A stretch of DNA of 64,000 nucleotides from Cyanophora paradoxa CCMP329. Taxonomy: Eukaryota > Plantae > Glaucophyta. The translations under genes were made by a program, and so were the position numbers. Below are positions 12,720 to 25,116 of the stretch, in pieces. The notes under the pieces were generated by a model that was not told where the DNA came from, did no database searches, and saw only the letters and a list, made by a program, of their open reading frames with translations. How positions within the stretch are numbered: position 1 is the stretch's first letter; every line of letters starts with the position of its first letter. Where the stretch lies: NCBI GenBank assembly GCA_004431415.1, contig QPMI01000656.1, forward strand, positions 29,773 through 93,772, in the 5' to 3' direction.

Positions 12720-13397
12720 CGCCATCACGGCGCGCGGCGGCCCTGGAGCGGGCCGTCTTTGCCGCGACGTCCCTCGAGACTCGGAGGCGGGCGCGGCGGC
12801 CCCGGCCCGGGCCCCGCGCTGCTCGCCGTGTCTCTCATGATCAGGTGCACGCCCGCCCCGGGCCCCGCCCCGTGCAGCTGGCCATGGACGCTCTCGCAGC
12901 CGGGGCCCGGGGTGTGCATGCGGTGACGAGGCGCGCGCGTGCCGCCTAGGGCCCGTGCGTGCGTGCGGACCAGCGACCCCGGCCCGCCTGGGAGCTCCCC
13001 GGCGCCGGCGCCGTCGCCGCCTCAAGCTTTTCCTCCCCGCCGGGGCCGATCGCCCTCGGGCTCGGGCGGCCCATCCTCAGGGCCTGCTGGCCCTCTCGAC
13101 CCTCGTCCGCAACGAGACGCTCGCGGCCCCTGGCCATGGGTGCGACCCCGGCCCGCCGGGCCGCCCCCGAGCAGAGATGACATGCAAACGCTCGACCGCC
13201 TCGAGCTTCGTCTGACGCGCGCGGGCGGGGGCGGCGGGGGGGCGCATGCGCATGCGCAGGGCGGGCCCCGGGGAGGTGCTGCGGCGCTACACGGCGTCCA
13301 TCTCGTGCGCATTCAACGCCGGCCTCGGGGGCGCCGTCCCCCTCCCGTGCCCCACGCCTCCGCCTCCTGGACCCTCGACCTCGTCCGCGGCGGCTGA
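12720..13397 (+). pseudogene. probable decayed gene fragment
   Basis: Coding-like pieces in shifting frames with intron-like spacers; no continuous reading frame. Confidence 0.3.
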
Positions 13398-13822
13398 CGG
13401 TCGCGAGCTCTAGAGGCCGCGCGCGGCCGCGGGCGCCCCTCGTTGGCGCCTCTAGATCTTTAGCCCGCAGCGCAATATGAATTGTACAATTTTGCGATTG
13501 TGCACGTGCATTTTTGCATTGTTTCGTGTTTTCGCGGTTTTTTTAATTCATGAAAGCTTTCAAAATCAGTCTTGAATTCGATGAACATAGCCTTATGCAG
13601 TACCACCCTCCACGTCCTGAATTCTCATGTTTTGCCACGTCCAGATTGCCAAATCGACATTAATTTTTATATTGCAATACGAACGATGGCCGAACTGAGC
13701 GCATTCAAAACGCTAGAACGACGCGACCGAACGCCAGAACTATGTATACGTATACAAAATTGGCGCGTTTGAATAGACAAGACAATGAACTCGAAGCCGC
13801 GGCTGCAGCTGACGGAGCGCGC

Positions 13823-15820
13823 TCAACGGCGCAGGGTCTGGGGCCGGAGGGTAAACTCGAGGTACGTCGGCGTCTCCTGCCCGAAGAGCTGCCGGCCGCG
13901 GCCCGTCAGAAGACCGAGCTCGAAGCGATGCAACACGGGGCGAAATATTAATATTAATATTAATGCGAAGGTCTAGATAGAATCGAAGAATTCCGGTCCG
14001 GGATCCAGCTTGCAATCGCGGTTGTCGGTTGTCGAGCTCGAAGCGATATCGATGCGATACGGGGCGGGGGATCCGGAGGGGGCGGCAAATTAGAGGGCGC
14101 GACTTATTATAATCAAAGCGCGAAATGCGAATTCGAAGGTCTAGATCGAATCGAAGAATTCCGGGATCCAGCTTAGCACGAGTTAGGCGAGGAGGGACGG
14201 CATCCTCAGCGGGCGCACGCTGAGGAGGACGCAATCGGCGACGTCCTCCGCCTGTATCATCTGCCCCGCGCCCCGCCCCGCCCCCGCCCCCGTCGGCCCC
14301 TCGGCCCAGCGCCTGGGAGGCCAGGGCCACCGGTGGGGCCGGCCCCGGCGCTCGCTCGCGCTTGCGCGCGCGCGCGCGCCTTCAGGGGGTCCATGCCCTT
14401 CGCCTTCGTCACGCACTCAACCATCGGCGTGTTCACGTACCCCGGGCAGATCGTCACCACCTGCGCGCAGAGATCTGAAGTTAGCGGGCAGACTCTGCGG
14501 GTCGATTCGATTTCGCGATTCACGTCATTTTCGCGGGTATATTTGAGTTTCGCGGGTCGAGCGGGCTCAATTTATTTGACTTTCGCGCGCGCGGGGCGGG
14601 CCCTGCCGGACCGCGCCTTGATTTTGCGGTTGTCTCTTCGCGAAATATCTTTATTGGTATTTGATGTTTGGGTTTTGCGGGTCGAGCGGGCGGGGCGGGC
14701 GGGGCCGCGCCTTGACGCCGGTGTCCTGGATGTCGTCGGCGACGGCCTGCGAGAAGGCGAGGAGCCCGTGCTTCGCCGCCGCGTACGCCGCCTGCCGCCC
14801 GGTACCGCTGATCGTGAGCCCGGCCCCGGCCGGCGCGCGGGGGCGCATCGGTCTCGAGGCGTATGCAGAGACGTATGCGCAGGAAAACCAGGGATCGATC
14901 GCAAATACGTTGCAGCTAGGAATAGGCGTGGTTGTATTGAATTTAAACCCGGAGGGGCGCGCCGGCACACGAATTTGTGCATCGGCTGCTTGCCGGCGAT
15001 GGACGAGAGGAAGACGACGGCGCGGGGCCAGGGGGCGGCCTCCCCGCCAGCGCCGCCGCTCCGAAGAATGTGCGGGAGCGCCAGGCGCGTGAGCCGCATC
15101 GGCGCAACGAGGTCCACATCCAGCGTCTGGCGCGCCGCCCGCGGGCGTTCGAAATCCGATTCTCAACGCTTTTGCGATCATATATATAATCAACCGTCGA
15201 TTGCGCACGAAATCCCACTTGGAGAGGTCGGCCTCGTACGCCGGCATCTCCTCGTCCCCCACGCCGGCGGCGTTTACCTGCGCATGCGCGTCGGCCTCGA
15301 GGCAGAAGCGAAGAAACGCGTGCACTGATCATGAAGAAAAGGCGAAAATTTGAACGAACGAGGAGGTCGATGCCGCCGAGCTCGGCGACGCAGCGGCTTA
15401 CGCAGGCGTTCACGTCGTCGAAGCGCGTCAGATCGCAGGCGTGGGCGACGGCCCGGACCCCGGCATGCTGCGCGCGCGGCGGCCCCCGGCCGGCGCCGCT
15501 CTCATGAGCAGATGCAGCTTGCCCCTCCATTTGCATGATACAAACCACAGCCGCCGCGCACGCGGGAGCACTTGCGAGAAACCTCGTGGAGTCGCTCCGC
15601 GTTTGTCCCGACGAGGAAGAGCGCGTAGCCCGAGTTCGACAGCGCGTGTGCGATCGCCCTGCCGATGCCTGCATGCGCATGGGAACCGCTTCGAATTCGC
15701 GAGTTTCTCGCGTTCATGATTTTCGCGAGGCGGACCGGAGGATGCGCCGGTGACGAGCGCGACGGGCGAGCGCCCTGCGAAATCGCCTCCCTCGGCTCCG
15801 AGCGGCTGAAGGCGCAGCAT
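13823..15820 (-). CDS. short-chain dehydrogenase/reductase (classical SDR), multi-exon
   Basis: Motifs: ALVTGASSG|IGRAIA (TGxxxGIG), ACDLT, GGIDLL|VNAAG, VVFLSSIAG, YAAAKHG (YxxxK), GVK|VVTICPGYVNT. Last exon LFGQETPTYLEFTLRPQTLRR*. Confidence 0.93.
13940..14174. repeat. dispersed ~50-bp duplication inside the last SDR intron
   Basis: gcgaaat...gcgaaggtctagat.gaatcgaagaattccgg...gatccagctt occurs at ~13940-14011 and ~14120-14174; the copies differ by short insertions. Confidence 0.85.
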
Positions 15821-16199
15821 CTTGAAGTGTAGGCGAATCGAAGAGCTTGCAATTGCGCGCCGGCCACGTGCACTGGGCCAGCTCGAGTAAATCAAAACCC
15901 GCTCGAGCTCGATATCGAGGCTGAAGGTTGCGAAACGATATATATATTAGAAGAGCTAGAGCTCAAAGGGAGCTTGAGCGAAGGTGCGCTCGAATGGAGC
16001 TATAGCTTGAATTGAACTTCGGGAAGGCTGCTCGAGCTCACTAAGTTAAGCCGGACTGTTCGAAGCTTGAAGGAGAGGCCTAGGGGGCCCGGGCCGGGGC
16101 CGCGGCCGGGGGCTGGCCCAGTGCGCATGCATTGCGGCAACTGGTTTGTAGATCTGAGTCGCGTCCATATGCGCCCCTCAGCCGCGTGCGCACTCCCAT

Positions 16200-17000
16200 C
16201 GCCTCTATGACCGACGGGGCCGGGGGGGGGGGGGGGGGGGGGGGGGAGGGGGAGGGGGAGGGGGGGGGAGGGGGAGGGGAGGGGAGGGGGCGCGCGCAGG
16301 TCTCGGAGCACGGCGTCTCGTCAAGCTGGTCGGAGCTGGACTTCGAACGGCGGCGGTGACGACGGGCACGACGACACTGCGGACCCCTTCCTCCCACCGC
16401 ACCTCCACCACTATTAGCTATAGATAGGGCAGAGCGCACCACGGCCACGCTTTATGAGCCATCAAGCGGGCATCTTGGACCGTGCAGCTCACCATGCCAG
16501 GCTCACCGCGAGAGGACCGGCGCATATTATGTTCTGGAGGTGACTCGGTAGACTACAGCTAAAGCACCAGCTCGACACGACTAGTAGCTGTAGCACTCTT
16601 GTCATCTATCTCCTCCTGCAGTCAGCATCCCAGTATCCAGTAGGCGAGGAGCGGGGGACTGTTGTCAAGTGTGTACGAATGCAGCAGACTTTCCAAAAAA
16701 AACGCCTCTATGACCGACGTCGACACCGCGTCCCGCGGCTCCTCGCCCCCCCCCCCCCTGTACCCCAGCTCGAGCTCCCTCCTCCCCCCCCCCCCCCCCC
16801 CCCCCCGCCTGACAAGAGAGCCGCGGCAGATTGAATATTTTTAATGTGCGAGGCACGCGCGGGCGTGGCCGGGCAGCCCCTCCTCCTCCTCCTATCCCCC
16901 CTCCCTCCCTCCTCTCCCCCCCCCCCCCACACCGCCCACCTCCCCCCTCCCCCCTCCCCCCCTCCCCCCCCTCCCCCCCCCCCCCGCCCCCCGCCCCGCC
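16200..17000. repeat. G-tract and C-tracts each preceded by an identical 17-mer
   Basis: cgcctctatgaccgacg occurs at 16200-16216 and 16703-16719. G-run at ~16222-16290; C-runs at ~16746-17000. Confidence 0.65.
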
Positions 17001-17043
17001 CTCCGTCGACCCATGCAGGGCGCGAGCTCGAGCTCGAGGGCGT

Positions 17044-18094
17044 TCACTTGGATGCGGGGGGGGCGACGAGGTGCGGGGGCATGTCGAAGACCTTGCAGAG
17101 GATGTAGTAGGAGCACTCCTCCTCCTCCGGCGAGTGGTTGCTGATGTCGTACCTGCCGGGCACAAGTCAGAGATCTAGATCTAGAAGAGGAGGAGCGGGT
17201 TTCTAGGAGCTCAAGCTGATAGATGACTAAATCCAGAAGCTAAATGTCACAGCGGACCGCATCTTCTTGATGTAGAAGTTGACGGCCTCGTTGTTGTCCT
17301 TGAAGACGGTGAGGTGCACGGCGCGCAGCTTCGACTTGCGCGCGATGAGCTCGCAGATCGACATAAAGTGCCGCCCCAGGCCCTTCCGCTGTATCCTGCC
17401 CATCCCCGAGCCGCCCCGGGTCAGAGCGGCGGGCGGGCGCGGGCGCCGGGCCCGGCGGGGGCCCCGGGGGCGGGCGGGGCGGGCACCGGGGCTCGCTCTG
17501 GATCTCGTAGACGTAGAGGCTCTCGAGCTCGTTCTCCATGACGAACTGGAGGTGCACGAAGCCGATGAGGGCCCCCTCGGGGTCCGCCACCGCGCCCTGC
17601 GCCGACGTCCCCTCCCCGCCCGTGACCACCTCCCGCGCGATCAGGAACCGCGAGTCGTCGCTGCTCATCTCCCGCCGCTTCTCCCCGTCCTTCCACCCCC
17701 CCGGCTCCGCGTTCTCGTAGTGCACTGCGCCCCGCCGCTGGCGCTCGGCGGCGCGCGGCGCGCGGCGCGCGGCGAGCGCGGGCGCTCGAGCGCACCCTTC
17801 ATGTTGCGCTTGAGCAGGTCGAACGCCCACTCGCGCTCCGCCTTGGTCAGCGCCTCGAACTTCTTGTACGCGATCTTCGCCTTCAGGCCGTTGCGGTCGA
17901 AGTTCCTGCGCGCGCCATGAGCGCTCTGGCGAGGGGCCAGGCGGCGACGGGCCGGCCGCAGCTAACCGGAACGGCTCGAGGCCCAGCTCGGCGATCGCAT
18001 CCTCGCGCTCGTTCGCCGCCTTGATCACGGCGCGCGCGGCCTTCTCTAGGTCGTTGCGGAGCTTACGCAGCTCCTTCTTTGTCACGTTCGACAT
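17044..18094 (-). CDS. NAA40: N-alpha-acetyltransferase 40 (NatD, histone H4/H2A N-terminal acetyltransferase), 5 exons
   Basis: Motifs: FDRNGL, WAFDLLKRNM, W...EKRREM, GFVHLQFVME...LYVYEIQ, QRKGLGRHFM, LTVFKDNNEAVNFY, SP...SYYILCK. All four introns are GT-AG. Confidence 0.92.
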
Positions 18095-18312
18095 CGCGCG
18101 TCTTCCGCCGTCGCTCGGCCAACGCCCGCAGACCACGTCGCTCCCGCGCCCGCGCTGATCGTCTCTTTAGCTATGTTCGATGCAGCTGCCGATCTGCAGC
18201 TGGCGGCGCTTGGGCTGTTTGCTGCTTCTTGCTCTCCGTTGATCACCGCGTACCCCCCGCCAAGGTCGAGACCGTCGAGTGGCCGAGCCTCACCGCGGTC
18301 GAGCTCCTCGGA

Positions 18313-19519
18313 ATGGCGCGCTTGCTCGTGCTCGCACTCGCACTGAGCGCGTTGGGCGCCTCCAGTTGCAGCGCCGCCTCGAGCAAGGACCTTTTCTGGT
18401 GCACAGGCGACTCGCAGCCGAAACAGGTGCGCGCTTCGCGCATCCCTAAGTTCCGTCTAGCTATCACTCACTTCGCGCGCGCGCGCGCGCGCTGCAGCCG
18501 CAACCACCGCTGGTTTTCTGCGCAGAGTACCGCGGCAACTCCTGCTGCAGCTTCGAGGGCTCCCTCGCCTTGCAAATGATCGTTTCCAACGTGCGGCGTG
18601 CGGCACCGCGTCTCCAATGTCCTCAGCCCGCGCAGATCTCGGCATCGCTGCGCGGCCCGCCCGCCGCGCTTTCCGCCTGCATAGAGGAGATCCGGCGCCT
18701 TGCCTGCGCAGTGGGATGGTCGGCGTGGCTCCGATGTGCAGCGCGTCCGCGCTCACCGACCCGCAGCTCGCCGTGGCGGTCGCTTCTCAGCGAGATGGCC
18801 GCGGACGGCCGCGCGGACTGCCCCGTATGCGGAACCTTCTGTGAATCCCTTCGCGACGCCTGCGACGGGCTCTCCATAGCGCCGACGACCCTCAACCCGA
18901 ACGCCACCGCCGCCGACCCGGCCGTTCCCGTCGCGAACCTGACGGCGGGAGAGGCGCGCGCGCCCCCGCCGGCACTGCCCGGAGCCGACGGGGCCTCACC
19001 GCGTTGCCCGCGCAGCTCTGCTCGTGGCCCCTCGTGGAGCTCGACGGGCGCGGGCTGGGCCCCCTCCGGGTCGACGCCTCGCCGGGGCGGTGCCCCCGCG
19101 CCCTCCCTTCTTCTTCGCCTTTCGATTCAACCTGAGGGGGCGCCGCAGCCTCTGCCTGCTCCCGGAGCACGGCCGCTCCAGCTCGCTCCTCTCCACCGCG
19201 CGCCCCGCGCCGCCCCGCGCCCCGCCTCGCGCGCCACGCCGGAGCCTCTGAACCGCGCTCCCTCGCTCGCGCACGCGCAGGGCTTGTTCGCCACGGCGCT
19301 TCTGGCCGCCATGTTGACCGCTCGCCTCGTCTGGACGCGCCTGCGGTACCACGGGCGCGCCTCGTGCTCCGCCCCCCCGCCCGCCGTTCGCGCCTGCGCC
19401 TCCCCGTGACCGCCGAGGCCTCCAGATACGTGCCCATCCGCGCTGGGACGGGTGCCTGGCCCCGGTCCTCGCGGCTTACGGGCGCCCCCTCATTTGCGGG
19501 CGCAGGCAGCGCAGGCTGA
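18313..19519 (+). CDS. secreted/membrane protein with a folate-receptor-like (Folate_rec/NPC1-NTD type) Cys-rich domain
   Basis: Signal peptide MARLLVLALALSALG; spliced FCAEYRGNSCC...C...LACAVGCSP...PVCGTFCESLRDAC; C-terminal hydrophobic helix GLFATALLAAMLTARLVW. Confidence 0.7.
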
Positions 19520-19902
19520 ACCCGAACTCTCGTCGCGCGTCCCTCGCCCGAATCCGACGCGGCCGCGGCGGGCCGTTCGCAAGCCGTGGCCGGCCGCTTC
19601 CGAATTCACAACCGCGACACGCACTTGTACAGATGTACAGCGATATAGCTAGCGGCGCAACATGCGCCCCGCGCCGAGCTCTCGAGCTCCGACAATAGCA
19701 GCACGCGCACCAGCACCAGCACCAGCAATATCAATGTCTATTTATATTGAAAAATAAAACGCTGTACAGTGATTTCAAACAGTTTCACATAGCCTAGTAG
19801 GTGCTCCTGTACATCAAATCTCACACCACACCGCGCGCGGGCTAATCTTGATCGAAGGCGGCGCATTTTCAGGGGCCCAGCAGGGCCCCACGCCGGGGCC
19901 CG

Positions 19903-22900
19903 CTAGACGAAGCGGGACTCGCGGTGGTGCGGGGCGGCGGGGGCGGGCCGCCGCGCCCTGCCGGGGCGGCTCGGGGGCGGGGCCAGGGCCGGCGGGCCGA
20001 CCCCGAGGCTCGCCTTGAGCTCGCCTATGACGGCCCGCAGGCTGCCCCGCAGGGCGGTCGTGGCGGGGCGCGGGGGCGCCGCGGGGCGTGCGGGGCCGGC
20101 GCCCCCGCCGCCACGTCCGCCGGCGACGGCCGCTCCCGCCGGTGGGTCAGCAGCGCAGAGAGGACGGCGTCCTCCTCGGAGGCCGGCGGGAGGCGCGCCG
20201 AGGCTCCCAGGAGCCGCTCCTGAGCGGCGCGGTAGTGCGCGAGGTACTCGCCCAGCGGCCCCTCCTCGACCCGGAGGGGGGGCGGGCCGCCTCCTCCCCG
20301 CCCCGCCCCGCCCCGGCCTGCGCGCCCCGCGCCGTGCTGGCGCGCGGGGCGAGGCGCCCAGGCCCTCGATGGCGGCGACGAGGGGCGGGGGAGGACGAGG
20401 ATGGAGCCGGGCGGGGCAGCGGTGCCCCGCCGGCGTCGGCGGCGGCCGCGGGCCGAAGGGCGGGGAGCCCAGCAGGGAGCGCGAGGCGGGGGCGGAGGCC
20501 GGCCCTGGGGCGGCCTCGGCCGCGGGGCGGAGGGTGAAGGAGGGGAGCTTGGGGAGGGGCTGCGTCTGGCTCGCAGAGGGCGGGGAGCCGGCGGCGCCGG
20601 GGGGCGGGCCGGGGGGTACGGAGGAGTCCAGGGAGCGGGCGAGGGCGCCGAGGGCGAGGGGGGGCACGAGGGGCCAGAGGGCCACGCCGGCCGGCAGCGA
20701 GAGGCGCCGCATGGAGCCCTGCGCTCCGCCTTAGCCCAGCGAGAGCCAAAACGAGGCTGGGCGGGGCGGGGCGCGGGCTCGCCGAGCGAGTCTGGAGCGG
20801 CCGGGACGACCCGAGGTCGCCGCTGGAGAGGGGCTTGGAGCGGCGCGGGGGGCCAGCCCCCTCCTCGCCCCGGTCGTCGGCCCCGCCCTCGTCGAGGCCG
20901 GCCTCGCCGCCCCGCGAGGGCCGCCGCCAGGAGCGCAGCGAGGCCCGCGAGGACCCGTGCTGCTGCTGCTGCTGCTGCCCGGCGGCCCCTGCCCCTGCGC
21001 CTGGGCCTGGGCCTGGGCGTGCGCGCCGGCCTGCAGCCGCCGCTCCTCCCGGCGGCGCCGGCTGCGCTCCTCGCGCCGCAGCGCGGCCATCGCCGCCTGC
21101 GCCGCCTCCCGCGCCCCGGCCGCTCCGCAAAGGCCTCCGCCCTCCGGCCGGGGGCGATGCCGGCGGCGCCGGGTGCGGATGCGGGTGCGGGTGCGGGTGG
21201 GGTGCGGGGCGGCGGGGCGGGCGGCTGGGGGTGCTGCTGCCCCGGGCCGGAGGGGCGGGGACGACCCGGGCTTGATCCCGAGCGTCGTGTGGAACCTGCG
21301 GACACGGCGCGGGCCTTCAGCTGGAGGGGCGGGGCGGGCGGAGCCGGCGGGCGGGGGCGGGGGCGGGCCTGTGGTGCGGGGCGCGCCCCGCGAGGGCGTT
21401 GTGGGAGGGGGCCCGCCGGCCGCACCCGCCCGCCATCAGCGGCGCCTCGCAGCTGCGCCCCGCGCACGCGTCAGGCCGGGGGCGGCCAGGCGGGCGGGGC
21501 GGGCGGGGCGGGCCTGGCGACGGCGCGGATGCTGTCGAGGCGGGCGCGGTCGAGGGCCTCCCGCCGATCCGCCTCCGCCCGCAGCAACTGCCCCGCCTCG
21601 TCCGTCAGGTCTGCCCCCGCCCGCCCGCCGCCTCCCCGTCAGCTCCGCCGCGGGCGGGGCGGGGCGGGGCGGGGCGGGGCGGGGGCGCGGACGGGCGAGG
21701 AGCTCGGCGCGGGGGCAGTAGAGGAGCTCGCAGGCGGTCTCGGCGACCACCGTGCTCCCCGCCGGCCGCTCCAGCAGCACCTGCGTGCGGAGGCGGCCCC
21801 TCAGAGGCGGGGCAGGCGGGGGCGGCGGGCGGCGGGGGCGGGGCCTCGCCTCGTGGACGCCCAGGATGGAGTTCTCGGCGAGGACGGAGAGCGCCACCGG
21901 CACCCGCGGCCGCTGCCCGCCCCGCCCTCAGGGGGTGCGGGCGGGAGGGGCAGGGGGCGCGGGAGGGGCGGGGGCGGGCCTGGGTGATGGGGACCTGCGG
22001 GGTGAGGACGCTCACGGGTTGCGGCGCGATCTCCCACGAGAGCTCCACCTCCCTGCGCGAGCGAGCGAGGGCAGAGGGGGCGGGGGTGGGCGGGGAGCGA
22101 GCGCGGGGGACGAGAGGGCGGGCGGGCGGGCGAGAGGGCGGGGGCACCTGCTGACGCGGCAGCAGCCGGAGCGGAGGACGAAGATGCCGGGCACGGGCCG
22201 CCCCTCCTCCATCAGCACTGCCCGCCCCCGCCCCGCGTCGGTTTGGCGGGGCGGGGCGGGGCGGGGAGGGCACCGGTGTGGCGGGGGACGGAGCGCCGCG
22301 AGAAGACGCTCGCCAGCTGCGCCGCCCGTCGGCGCGGCGGGCGGCGGCGGGGGCGCTGGGGGCGGCGCCCGGGGCGCCGGAAGGAGCGCGAGGGATCTGT
22401 GGCTAGGTGCTTTCTCGCGGGAAGCACGCCTGGCGCCCCTTCCACGCCTCTTGGCGCCCCCGCCGCCCGCCCCCCCCCTCCCCCCCCCCCCCCCCACCTT
22501 GGTGAAGCGGTCGAGGCGCAGGGCGTGGAAGGCTGCGAAGCGGCGCAGGTACTCCAGCTTCCCCGCCAGCTCCCGCTCCTTCCACCGCCTGCCCCGCCGA
22601 GGAGAGAAGAGGGTGAGGGGCGGGGGGAGGCGCGGGGGGTTCCGGGCGGGCCTGAGGGTGCGGTCGAAGTCGCGGCGGTCGAGGACGGCGAGCTCGAGGG
22701 GGCCCGCCTCCCCCGCCGTCACCGACGCGGACCGCGGCTCCGACTTGATCAGCGCCAGCTCCCCGAACGCATCCCCCGCCTTTCCGAGCGCGCGCCCAGT
22801 CAGCGGGGGCCAGCGGGCGGCCCTGCAGGGGCCCGGCCCCGCGTCACCTTGAGGCAGGCGAGGAGGACGCGGGAGGGCGGGGGCCCCCCGCCCCAGGGCG

Positions 22901-24460
22901 ACGCAGGCGCCGCGTCCGGGCGAGGCGAGGGCGCGGGGGGCTCCGGCGAGGTCGAGACCAGGCCCTCGAGGCCGTGCCCGTACCCCCCTTCGAATCGGTC
23001 CCCGTCCCCGGACACCAGCGTGGACCCCACAGAGCTCCGCCTCCGCTGCTGCCGCGCGGCCGCGGGCGGGGCCAGGCCCTCCGCCCGGGGGGTACCCGCG
23101 GCCGCGCCCCGGCGCCCCGCGTGCTTCCACACCTCCGCCGTGCCCTGCGCCCCGCCGGCGGCTCGGGAGGGAGCGGGGGGTCGCGCGGGGAGGGGGCGCG
23201 GCGCACGCCGAGGACGATGTAGAAGGTGGAGGCCTCCTCCCCCTCCAGGAAGACGTGCTCCCCCGGCAGCCTCCGCAGGTACGACAGGCAGCGGCTGCCG
23301 GGCGCATCGGCGAGGGGCGTCGGCGGGGGGCCCGGGGAGGGGGGGCGTGGGAGGGGGCGGGGGCGCGCCAGATCTCGAGGAGGACGGACTCGTCCATGGG
23401 GTTCTGCTGGAAGAAGCGCGCCTCGCGCACGTGCACGAGCAGCTTCGAGAGGTCCCGGATCGTCCGCGCCTCCGGCCTGCCCGCCCCGCTCGGCACGGAA
23501 GGGGGGGGGGGCGGGGGGGGGGGGGGGGGGGGGGAGGATGGCGGGGTACGCCGCACTTCTTGAGGAGGAGGTCGCGGAGGTTCGTGTCGTCGCGGGCGAT
23601 GACCGTCGCGGAGCGCGGGACGGTGCGCGGGCCCGCGGGCGCGGGCGTGGGCGAGGGCGTCGCCGCGTGCGGCGGGGCCGCCGCCTCGCTCTGCATCGCC
23701 GCCGAGATCGCGACCTGCGCCAGCGAGGCGGCCATGCTGATCCGCCTCGACTGCGCGCCGGCCGGGCCCCCGCGTCGGCGGCGGCGTGGGGGCGTGGGGG
23801 CGGGCGGGCGGGGCCACTGCGGCGGCGCGCACGCTGCCGGAGGCGGCGGCGGCGGTCGCGGCCGCCACAGAGACCGCCGAGCGGAACTGCGCGGCGCTCG
23901 AGCTCGGCGGGCGGGAGGGGCGGGGCGCGCGAACCACGTCCGAGAGGCGGCGGCGGCGCTCCTCGGGCGTCTCAGCGTGCTCGCCCGGCTCCTCCCCCGA
24001 CGGGGCGCGCCGCTCCTCGCCGCCCTCCCCCTGCGCGCCGCGCGTGACGCCGGGCGGAGCGCGCGAGGGGGCGGAGCTCGCCTTGGCGCGCGCGAGGCTC
24101 CGGTCGGACCCGCGGGACCCGTTCGAGCGGCTGGGGGAGAGGCGCCCTTCGCCAGGGGCCTCCCCGCGGCCCGCGAGCGACCGCAACGAGACTTCGAGGT
24201 GCTTCTGCTTCTTGCCCGAGACCTTCCCCTGCAAGGACGCGTCCCCGCCGTCCGCGCCGCCGCCGTCCTCTGCCGATTTCGGCTGCGCGCCGGTCAGCGT
24301 TCAGCGCTCGCGCCTCGATAGCGGGACGAAGCACCCGAGCAGCGGCGGAATCCTGACTCGACAAGCTCGAGTCTTCGGGCCCAGATAGGAAGAGCTTCGG
24401 GCCGCGTATGCTGTCAGCGCCCCTGCCGCCGCCACCGGCATGGCCGGTCTCCGATGCCAT
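19903..24460 (-). CDS. cyclic-nucleotide-binding domain protein (two CNB domains), many short introns
   Basis: First CNB: GEHVFLEGEEASTFYIVL|GTAEV, AGDAFGELALIKSEPRSASVTA...LAVLDRRDF. Second, degenerate CNB: VLMEEGRPVPGIFVLRSG...STVVAETACELL. Confidence 0.82.
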
Positions 24461-25116
24461 CAAGTCCCTTTGGAGGCCGGACAAGCTGGACGTCGACGCT
24501 CGGTTTGATCGGCGAGTTGACGGCAGCTAGCAGATCTAGAGCTAGAAGGAGCTAGCTACAAGCCTAGAGAATCCAATTTGTTGGAATTCGCGACGACTCG
24601 CCGGGCGGCGCCAGCAAGCATGTCGACGTCGACGTCGGCTTGGTTTCAGCTTGGCCTGTACCCCCGACTCCTCCCTACTTCGAATTCGTCTAGATCTATC
24701 ATACGGTATACGTAGTATTTGAATTGATATGAATCAAGTTCAGCATCACAAAGAAATGTCCGTATGCGAGATGGAGATCGAGTTCTGAAGAAGGAGCCCG
24801 TCAAGGCGGGCTGGCCCCGCCTAGATCTAGATTCACACGCGAAATAAGAAACAGGCGACCGACAAGAAATTGGAGGGCTGCGCTCGCACGCGCTGTACAG
24901 GTCCGGGCAGCCGCCCGCCGAAAGGAGGAGAAAATGCCGAGGGCGAGGGTGCGGGGTAGGGAGCATAAATACACATAAGAAGGAAGGCGATGTGGTAAAA
25001 TCTATGTGCAGTGGGGCGCCCGCGCCGAGGCCGGGGCGGCCGGGGCGGCCCCCCGAGGCGGCGGCGGGGGGAGGCCGCGCCGCGCCTCGCCGTGCCGGGG
25101 GCGGGGCGGGGGCGCC

